Below, piece by piece: positions 48,663 through 55,959 of a stretch of 55,959 nucleotides of DNA. The notes beneath the pieces are model-generated. The model ran no database searches. It had not been told where the DNA came from and was given only the letters and a program-made list of their open reading frames with translations. Both the position numbers and the translations under genes were made by a program. Origin of the DNA: Promethearchaeota archaeon Loki_b31 (GTDB lineage: Archaea; Asgardarchaeota; Lokiarchaeia; Sigyniarchaeales; SOKP01); the NCBI GenBank assembly GCA_005222975.1, contig NJBI01000015.1, forward strand, positions 1-55,959. The letters are read 5' to 3'. Every line of letters begins with the position of its first letter. Position 1 is the first letter of the stretch.

Positions 48663-49409
48663 CTAAATCCCTAAACCATTTCTATTTAGATCGTCTATTA
48701 ATTTTGGTAACAATTCTTTATTTATGTTAAGATAATCGCCGTCTAATTCAAAGTTATACTTTTGTCCCCACTCAATTAGAACTTTTATTAGAGTCTCTTT
48801 GTTTAATTTGAGTAGTTCTTGTATCATATCAACCTTAATACATTTTGAGACGCTTAATAATGCTTTTAATCGTTCAATAACGCTCTTGTTTTCTTTAGAT
48901 TCGATTTCTATTTCATTTAGGTTATCTAGCTTCTGTCTAATTGCCATAAGAGCTTGTTTAGCGTAAACAAAATCGGGATCGATTTTTAAAGCTTTTTGGT
49001 GAGCTTCTACAGCTTTTTCTAAATTTTCTCTTTCTTCGTAGATTAGACCAATGTTGTAATGGCAATGCTTATAATCAGGTTTTATAGCAATCGCAATTTT
49101 ACAAGCGTTCAACGCTTCTTCAAATAGTTCTAAGTTAAAATAGGCGATCCCGAGGTTATAATGCGCTCTATAATTATGGGGGTCGATCTCTATTATTCTT
49201 TTAAAATTTTTAATCGCTTTTTCATACTCTAAAACGTAATAATCGTTAAGGTAACCCCCGTAAGCAAACAATGCGTCAATAAGACTTTTCTTAATTTCGA
49301 GCTCGGGGATTTCTTTGAACAAATCCTCTAAAATTTCTATACCTTCTTCGAAATCTTCGTTATCTACTAATTTTTTTGCCTTTTCAAGGATTTCTATGTT
49401 GTCAGTCAA
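48663..49409 (-). CDS. TPR-repeat protein with C-terminal winged-helix-like domain
   Basis: AHYNLGIAY and CHYNIGLIY TPR units; C-terminal LK.LL.VS..IK.DM....L......LIEW......F.LDGDYL.I domain. Confidence 0.85.
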   Translation of the reverse strand: MTDNIEILEKAKKLVDNEDFEEGIEILEDLFKEIPELEIKKSLIDALFAYGGYLNDYYVLEYEKAIKNFKRIIEIDPHNYRAHYNLGIAYFNLELFEEALNACKIAIAIKPDYKHCHYNIGLIYEERENLEKAVEAHQKALKIDPDFVYAKQALMAIRQKLDNLNEIEIESKENKSVIERLKALLSVSKCIKVDMIQELLKLNKETLIKVLIEWGQKYNFELDGDYLNINKELLPKLIDDLNRNGLGI

Positions 49410-49419
49410 TTGATTTCAC

Positions 49420-49875
49420 TTAAATCTCATTTCCGTACCAAAAATTTTTAGATTTTTTAATGCCAACTTTCATAAAAACGCTTCTTAAGGCACCGTCTGA
49501 ATCCGGACAGATGTAATACACTTTATCTAATTTAAGCGTTTTCTTTATGTATAGTTGTAGTTCTCTGATTATTTTCTCTTCAATTCCTTTTTTGTAAGAA
49601 TCTTCTTTTTTTGTTAAAATTTGATGAATAATTGCTCTATCGTTGCCTAAATAATCCCTAAAAGAAGTGTATGTTCCCCAACCAACAATTTTCCCATCCT
49701 CTTTGGCAACCACCATAGAATTTCTATATTGAAGGTCTAAGACTCTTTTATTTAACTCTTGTTCGAATTTTTGCCAATGTGAGAAAAAGTAAGACTTATT
49801 TTCAATAAAATCTTCAAAAATTTCTTTAAGTGCCTCTCGATCTAATCGAGGATCGTATCTATCGATTATAATCAT
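49420..49875 (-). CDS. GNAT-fold protein
   Basis: VVAKEDGKIVGW, YKKGI and F.KVG GNAT-like pattern. Confidence 0.6.
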   Translation of the reverse strand: MIIIDRYDPRLDREALKEIFEDFIENKSYFFSHWQKFEQELNKRVLDLQYRNSMVVAKEDGKIVGWGTYTSFRDYLGNDRAIIHQILTKKEDSYKKGIEEKIIRELQLYIKKTLKLDKVYYICPDSDGALRSVFMKVGIKKSKNFWYGNEI

Positions 49876-49987
49876 GATAGTTCTGTTAATGATTAATGGT
49901 TTTATAATATTTTTTCTTTTGAATTTTATTTTATTTTAATTAATCTTTAATAAAAACTCTTTTTTATGTTCTGAAATATTAGAATTT

Positions 49988-50503
49988 ATGAAACAGACAG
50001 ATGAAATAGACAAATTGATTATACCTTTCAAAAAAACCAATAAGGACGCTACGCTTCCTATAACTTCAAAAAAAGGAGATGCTGGCGCTGACGCTCGAAT
50101 TATTGGCTTTAAACAAATCGTTAATGAAAACGGTAAAAAAGAATTAATCGAGCTTGACACTGACACTTATACGCTTAAACCCCTAGAGCGAATTGTGTGC
50201 CCTTTAGGATTCGCCACAGCTATTCCCGAAGGCTATTACTTTAAGGTCGTTCCCCGCAGTGGTCTCGCGCTATGGGAGGGAATATCAATCGTTAATAGTC
50301 CTGGTACTATCGATTCTGGTTATAGAAACGAATGGATGGCTATTGTTGTTAACCTTTCAAATAAAGAAGTACAATTAAAAAAAGGAGATAGAATATGCCA
50401 AATAATTCTTGGAAAGTTATACGAATACGAAATTACCGAAAAGAACGAACTACCAGATTCAGATCGAGGCTTAGGAGGTTTCGGGTCAACAGGAAAAAAT
50501 TAA
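49988..50503 (+). CDS. dut: Trimeric dUTP diphosphatase
   Basis: AGAD, PRSGLA, NSPGTIDSGYR, GDRICQ and RGLGGFGSTG (motifs I-V). Confidence 0.95.
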   Translation: MKQTDEIDKLIIPFKKTNKDATLPITSKKGDAGADARIIGFKQIVNENGKKELIELDTDTYTLKPLERIVCPLGFATAIPEGYYFKVVPRSGLALWEGISIVNSPGTIDSGYRNEWMAIVVNLSNKEVQLKKGDRICQIILGKLYEYEITEKNELPDSDRGLGGFGSTGKN

Positions 50504-50607
50504 TCTGAAGCTTAAAAAATCTTTTTTAAATCTCGTATAATAAAATTCAAATTCTTAGATTAATTTAATATATTATTCGTTTTCATTTAATTAGGATATT
50601 ATAAAAT

Positions 50608-52131
50608 TTGGATGAGAATTTGACCGAGTCTAATAATTTTGAACCATATAAAGATCACTTTTTGTATAAGATATTAAATCCAAAGAGTTTAGCAATTTTT
50701 GGAGCAAATAATAATTTATTAACAACAATGGGCTCTATGCAATTGCGTAACATTATCGCTGGTGGAGGATTTGATGGCAATATTTACCCAGTTCATCCTA
50801 GATTGGATGAGGTTCAGGGTTATAAAGCGTATAAATCCGTAAAAGATTTACCAGTAGTACCCGATCTTGCTTTTCTTATATTACCTACGAGAGTAGTACC
50901 TCAAGTTATGGAAGAATGCGGAGAAAAGGGGATTAAAAACCTTTTAATAACTTCTGGTGGTTTCAGAGAGATTGGAAAAGATGGAATAGAATTATCTAAA
51001 AAAATTGACGAAATTTCAAAAAAATACAATATGAGATTTGTCGGTCCTAACTGTCTTGGAATATATAATGGATGGTATGGATTTCCTGAGAAAAAAGAAG
51101 CTTATTTTAACACTTTTTGGCCTTATGCGATACCTGAACGGGGAAATATTTCGATTATAAGTCAATCAGGAACTATCGCTGCCCAAACTTTCTGGCATGC
51201 GAAAGAGATGGGTGTTAGGGTTAGTAAATCGCTTTCTGTAGGTAACGAAAGAAATATTGATATGGTAGATTTTTTAGAATATTTCAAAGACGATCCTCAA
51301 ACAGGTGTAATCGGACTTTATATAGAAGAGATAAAACGGGGAAAAGAATTCATTAAATTGGTTAAAGAAATCACTCCAAAAAAGCCAATAGTTGCGATCT
51401 ATACGGGAGGAACTAAAGCAGCAGATAGAGCGATCAAGAGTCATACGGGCTCTTTAGGTGGCAATCAAAAGATTTACGACGCAGTTTTTAAAGATTCTGG
51501 AATCATCTCTACTAACTCTATAACAGAGTTCTTGTATTACTTAAGGACTTTGTCCTTTGCTCAAAAGTATAACATATTTATGAAAGGTAATCGAGTAGGG
51601 ATTATTACCGATTCAGGTGGTTCAGGTTCTATGATGACGAAATCATCCGAATTATATGGTTTAGAGGTGCCCGAATTTTCTAAACAACTAAAAGATGAGC
51701 TTTCCGAATTAATACCTTTTACTGCAAGCGCCAACAACCCTATTGATGTTACTTTCGATGTGAATTTTTTAAACATATTTTACAAATTTCCAAAGATGTT
51801 AATGAAATCGGGAGAAGTTGACTCAATAATTATTTGGGGAGTTTTTGATTTCGACGATGTGATAGAAACAATTGAAAAATCAGGGATGGTGGTTGACGAG
51901 AATGTGAAAAATATGAGTCTCATGTTAGATAGGGCTATTATAAAGCCGATTAAGCGTTTAATGAAAAAATATTCCGTTCCTGTTTATTTTAGTGGACCCT
52001 TTCCATATAGATTTTCTTGGTTTCAAAAATTTCTGTCCTACGATATACCCATTTTTGACTTATGGGATGCACCACCTAAATGTTTAAAAATTCTGTATGA
52101 GTATTCAGAATATCGTAGATGGGTTTCGTAA
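50608..52131 (+). CDS. ADP-forming acyl-CoA synthetase alpha subunit (AcdA-like)
   Basis: CoA-binding domain, GGFRE, GPNCLG, SQSG, phospho-His motif SHTGS, SGG and NPID. Confidence 0.9.
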   Translation: MDENLTESNNFEPYKDHFLYKILNPKSLAIFGANNNLLTTMGSMQLRNIIAGGGFDGNIYPVHPRLDEVQGYKAYKSVKDLPVVPDLAFLILPTRVVPQVMEECGEKGIKNLLITSGGFREIGKDGIELSKKIDEISKKYNMRFVGPNCLGIYNGWYGFPEKKEAYFNTFWPYAIPERGNISIISQSGTIAAQTFWHAKEMGVRVSKSLSVGNERNIDMVDFLEYFKDDPQTGVIGLYIEEIKRGKEFIKLVKEITPKKPIVAIYTGGTKAADRAIKSHTGSLGGNQKIYDAVFKDSGIISTNSITEFLYYLRTLSFAQKYNIFMKGNRVGIITDSGGSGSMMTKSSELYGLEVPEFSKQLKDELSELIPFTASANNPIDVTFDVNFLNIFYKFPKMLMKSGEVDSIIIWGVFDFDDVIETIEKSGMVVDENVKNMSLMLDRAIIKPIKRLMKKYSVPVYFSGPFPYRFSWFQKFLSYDIPIFDLWDAPPKCLKILYEYSEYRRWVS

Positions 52132-52268
52132 TTATTAAACTTCTATTTCATTTTTTTAGTCATTTTCTTAGATCAGGCATATTTTTTAGCTGATTTTTAA
52201 AAGTAAACTTGAAATTAGTCAATTAATTTATTAGAAATAATAATTTAACTATTTAGTTGTGTTAGAGA

Positions 52269-53765
52269 TTGACTGAATCAAATGAAATTCATTTAAAAGA
52301 TCATATTCTATATTCGATAATAAATCCTAAGAGTATTGCTATTTTTGGGGCAAATAATAAATTTCTTGATACAATGGGCGCAATGCAGTTGCGAAATATC
52401 ATTGCTGGAGGATTTGCGAAAGAACGGATTTACCCTATTCATCCAAAATTAGATATAATACAAGGACTCAAAGCTTATAAGTCTGTTTTAGATTTATGGG
52501 AAGTTCCGGATTTAGCATTAATAATTTTACGACCTGATGTTGTTCCTGAAGTATTAGAAGAATGTGGACAGAAGGGAATTAAACATGTTATTATTACATC
52601 TGGAGGTTTTCGAGAGATTGGTAAAAAAGGTGTTATGTTGTCTCAAACCATTGACGATATTGCTAAAAAATATAATATGAGATTTGTTGGACCTAATTGC
52701 CTTGGTGTATATAATGGTTGGTATGGTTATCCTGAAAAAAAAAATACTCACTTTAATACAATGTGGATATATGCAATTCCAGAGAGAGGTAAAATATCAA
52801 TTGCTGCTCATTCTGGGACCATCGCTTCTCATTTATTTTGGTTTTGCAAACAAATTGGAGTTAAGATTGGTAAATCTCTTTCTATCGGGAACGAAAGAAA
52901 TATAGACTTAGTTGACATTTTAGAATACTTTAAAGATGATCCCCAAACTGATGTGATTGGGCTCTATATTGAAGAAATTAAGCGGGGTAAAGAGTTTATT
53001 CAATTAGCGAAGGATATCACTCCATTAAAACCGATTGTTGCAATTTATGCCGGTGGTTCTGAAGCAGCATATAGATCAATTATGGGTCATACAGGTTCTA
53101 TTGCCGGGGACGATAAAATATTTGAAGCAGTCTTTAAGGAAGTAGGAATTATATCTACATTTTCTGTAAAAGATTTTCTTTATTATTTGAGAGCATTTTC
53201 ATATGGTATTATTCCAAAAGGTAATAGAATAGGGATTATTACCGATTCTGGCGGTTCTGGTGCCATGATGGCAAAAGCAGCAGAAAAATATGGTTTAAGT
53301 ATTCCTGAATTTTCAGAAGAACTGAAATCGAAACTTAAGGCCTATGTTCCATCTGTAGCTAACATTGATAACCCTTTAGATTTAACATTTCAATTTAATC
53401 AGTATAATTTATATGTTAAAATTCCAAAGATTTTAATTAATTCAGGAGAAGTCGATGGAATTATTATTTATGCTGTATTTGGTTTTGAAGAAATTATGGA
53501 TGTTGTGAAAAAATCTGGAGGGAAATCTTATGAAGAATTTGATATCTCCAATCAAATGATGAAAGGTGTTTACTTAAAACCCATGCAACGGTTTGTCCGC
53601 AAAAAAATAGCTCCAATCTTTTATATTGGTCCTCAAGGTTATTCAAATCCGTGGGTAAGAGAATTTATTAAATCAGATATCCCGATTTTTGATTTATGGG
53701 ATATGCCCATAAAGACATTCAGCGTTTTGGCTAGATATTCCAATTATCGTACACATCATTTATAA
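52269..53765 (+). CDS. ADP-forming acyl-CoA synthetase alpha subunit, tandem paralog
   Basis: Same motifs with AHSG and GHTGS variants; collinear with the upstream copy. Confidence 0.9.
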   Translation: MTESNEIHLKDHILYSIINPKSIAIFGANNKFLDTMGAMQLRNIIAGGFAKERIYPIHPKLDIIQGLKAYKSVLDLWEVPDLALIILRPDVVPEVLEECGQKGIKHVIITSGGFREIGKKGVMLSQTIDDIAKKYNMRFVGPNCLGVYNGWYGYPEKKNTHFNTMWIYAIPERGKISIAAHSGTIASHLFWFCKQIGVKIGKSLSIGNERNIDLVDILEYFKDDPQTDVIGLYIEEIKRGKEFIQLAKDITPLKPIVAIYAGGSEAAYRSIMGHTGSIAGDDKIFEAVFKEVGIISTFSVKDFLYYLRAFSYGIIPKGNRIGIITDSGGSGAMMAKAAEKYGLSIPEFSEELKSKLKAYVPSVANIDNPLDLTFQFNQYNLYVKIPKILINSGEVDGIIIYAVFGFEEIMDVVKKSGGKSYEEFDISNQMMKGVYLKPMQRFVRKKIAPIFYIGPQGYSNPWVREFIKSDIPIFDLWDMPIKTFSVLARYSNYRTHHL

Positions 53766-53957
53766 TATTTTCTTATTTATACATATTGTTTTAGAAATCT
53801 TTTTTTAAATTTAACGATCTTCTGGATTCTATCGCTTAAAATTTAAGATAATATAATGAACATTACGAATTAATGGAAATTTAAAAATATGTAATCTATT
53901 AATTTAATAACTAGAAAAATTGAGACTATTGTAAAAGTGTGAAACTAGTTAAGAACC

Positions 53958-55949
53958 TTGCCAAATCCAAAAAAAGGAGTTTCGGAATCTATCACCTTAC
54001 AAGATAATTACAAATTGTTATTTGACAAGACTCCGATTTCTATAACTTTATTAGATCTAAATGGCGTTATATTTGATGTTAATTCTTCAACTGAAAATTT
54101 ATTTGGATTTAAACGGGAAAAATTAATTGGTACTAATTTTACAGATCTTTATACATTATCTCCTAAAGAAAAAGCTCCTATGAACAAGATTTTTGCTGAA
54201 TTAGTTAAAGGGAGTATTTTTGGTCCAGAGGATATTCAAATTTATAATAAGGATAAAAATTTTATTTGGGTTAATGTAATTGCTTGCAAAATAGAAATAG
54301 AGAAAAAAATCTATATTCAAGTTTTAACACAAGATATAAACCAACGCAAATTATTAGAACGAAGAATTGAAGAATCTGAGATGAGATATAGGGGACTTTA
54401 CGAATCATCTCCATTTGCTTTGACGGTAACTAATAGCAATGGTGTCGTATTAGATGTTAATTCTGCTACAGAAAAAATCTTTGGATTTAAAAAAAGTGAA
54501 GTAATAGGAAAAAAATATTTTGATTTAGGAATTTTTTCACCTGAACAAGTTGAGAGATTTAAAAAAGATTATAAAGAAGCTTTAAAAGGAAAAAAAATAA
54601 ACCCGATGGAAATTCAAATAAAAAGAAAAGACGGTACCATTGCATGGCTTAGCGTTCAAAATTCTCTAAAAAAAATTGGAAATGAAATTTTAATTGAATG
54701 TATAGCCCAAGACATTACCGAAAGAAAAACAGCAGAGCAAGAATTAATCAAATCCGAAGAAAAGTATAGAAATTTGGCGGATTCTCTGCCAGAAGTTATT
54801 TTTGAAATAGATTTAAGTTATAATATAACGTATACAAATTCAATCGCATCTAAAATCTTTGGATATTCAAATGAAGAATTCAAGAAAGGAATGAAAATAT
54901 TTCAATTTGTAGAATTTGATGATAAAGAATTGGCTTTAAAACAAACACAGCAAATATTTAGAGGAGAATATGTAAAACCGTTAGTTTTGAAGCTAAAAAG
55001 AAAAGATGGAACGTTTTTTTTTTCTAATATTCATGCAAGCCGAATTTTTAAACATAAAAAAGTTGTCGGAGTAAGATGTATAATACATGATATTACAGAG
55101 ATGAAAACTACTCAAGAAAAAATAAAAGAATCCGAAGAGAAATATCGACTTCTTGCAGAAAACGCGAATGATTTGATAACCGTTGTAAATTCCGATTTTA
55201 AAATAGAATATGTTAACCAGGAAGCACACCAAAGAATAATGGGATACTCTCCTGAAGAAATATTAAATCACAATGCTATGGATTTCGTGCATCCTAAAGA
55301 TCGAGATACAATTCTTAAGACATTTAACCAAAGAGTAGATTTTGTAGAAGCACGGATTAAACATAAAGATGGACATTATGTTTGGACAGAGACCGGTGGT
55401 AAATTTTTTAATGATAAGAGTGGCAAAACTAAAGTTCTGACATTTTCAAGAGACATAAGTGAAAGAAAAGAAACGGCTCAGAGATTAATCGAATCACAGA
55501 AAAAATATAAGGAATTGGCAAACTCATTGCCAGAAGTTATCTTTGAAATTGATTTAAAATTTAAATTAGTCTATACCAACGCAATCGCTTCAAAAATTTT
55601 CGGATATTCTCATGAAGAATTCAAAAAAGGATTAAATGTGTTTGATTTCATTCTCGAAGAAGATAGAGATGAAGTTATAAGGAACCTTAGCCTAATTTTT
55701 AGGGGTAAAACTGTCGATCCTTTAATTATGCAATTAAAAAAAAAAGATGGAACAATTTTTTATGGAAGTTTAAATGCTACTCCTATTTATAAAGGTACTA
55801 CGATTATTGGTATGAGAAGCGTTATTCACGATGTTACTGAAATGGTAAAGGTTGAAGAGAGAATAAAAGAATCTGAAGAACAATTCCGTACAATTGCAGA
55901 GCAATCTTTGATGGGTATTTCAATTATTCAGGAAGAAAGAGTTAAATAG
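53958..55949 (+). CDS. Multi-PAS sensor protein (5 complete PAS/PAC units plus the start of a sixth); probably the N-terminal part of a longer signalling protein
   Basis: Repeated SEEKYR.L....P, FGY/FGF, KKDG and DITE motifs; TAG at 55947 falls inside a PAS domain. Confidence 0.88.
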   Translation: MPNPKKGVSESITLQDNYKLLFDKTPISITLLDLNGVIFDVNSSTENLFGFKREKLIGTNFTDLYTLSPKEKAPMNKIFAELVKGSIFGPEDIQIYNKDKNFIWVNVIACKIEIEKKIYIQVLTQDINQRKLLERRIEESEMRYRGLYESSPFALTVTNSNGVVLDVNSATEKIFGFKKSEVIGKKYFDLGIFSPEQVERFKKDYKEALKGKKINPMEIQIKRKDGTIAWLSVQNSLKKIGNEILIECIAQDITERKTAEQELIKSEEKYRNLADSLPEVIFEIDLSYNITYTNSIASKIFGYSNEEFKKGMKIFQFVEFDDKELALKQTQQIFRGEYVKPLVLKLKRKDGTFFFSNIHASRIFKHKKVVGVRCIIHDITEMKTTQEKIKESEEKYRLLAENANDLITVVNSDFKIEYVNQEAHQRIMGYSPEEILNHNAMDFVHPKDRDTILKTFNQRVDFVEARIKHKDGHYVWTETGGKFFNDKSGKTKVLTFSRDISERKETAQRLIESQKKYKELANSLPEVIFEIDLKFKLVYTNAIASKIFGYSHEEFKKGLNVFDFILEEDRDEVIRNLSLIFRGKTVDPLIMQLKKKDGTIFYGSLNATPIYKGTTIIGMRSVIHDVTEMVKVEERIKESEEQFRTIAEQSLMGISIIQEERVK

Positions 55950-55959
55950 GTGAATAAAA

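Noticed and set aside
1086-55232. Numerous 60-110 aa ORFs nested in or antisense to long genes (e.g. 1086, 4642, 5074, 9116, 16192, 19474, 35922, 49936)
   Set aside because: They overlap well-supported genes and have no motifs or independent start signals
1-55959. Selenoprotein (in-frame TGA) recoding
   Set aside because: The TGA stops examined (7401, 18104, 23977, 37430) fall at natural protein ends; none sits at a catalytic Cys position

Overview
AT-rich, gene-dense archaeal chromosomal segment, most consistent with an Asgard archaeon of the Lokiarchaeia type. This is an inference from an Arf-like small GTPase paired with a longin-like protein, Nre with a PIP box, a PAC2 proteasome chaperone, DUF2070, a BHB-intron tRNA, multi-PAS proteins, and frequent TTG/GTG starts behind GGTGA/GGAGG Shine-Dalgarno sites. 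Most genes are housekeeping or catabolic: FprA, endonuclease V, GH3 glucosidase, FadH, thiolase, two ADP-forming acyl-CoA synthetase alpha subunits, rpe/rpiA/purE, dUTPase, an RsmB-type methyltransferase, and MFS and ABC transporters. An accessory patch at about 6-11.6 kb carries a Doc-type toxin-antitoxin pair and visibly GC-richer genes. Features absent from the ORF track: (i) tRNA-Ala(GGC) with a 31-nt BHB intron at non-canonical T-loop position 59/60; (ii) a dodecin gene with no ATG/GTG/TTG at its N-terminus (probable ATT start); (iii) an N-terminal extension of the 24231 ORF with a probable ACG start; (iv) a 34-aa membrane peptide; (v) a 108-bp direct repeat bracketing a small Cys-rich gene. 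The best candidates for new biology are a coupled small GTPase plus longin-like/winged-helix pair (possible GTPase-controlled transcription factor) and a membrane-anchored subtilase whose architecture resembles eukaryotic site-1 protease. No CRISPR array, rRNA, integrase or complete transposase was seen. All family assignments are from motif recognition by eye, with no database searches.
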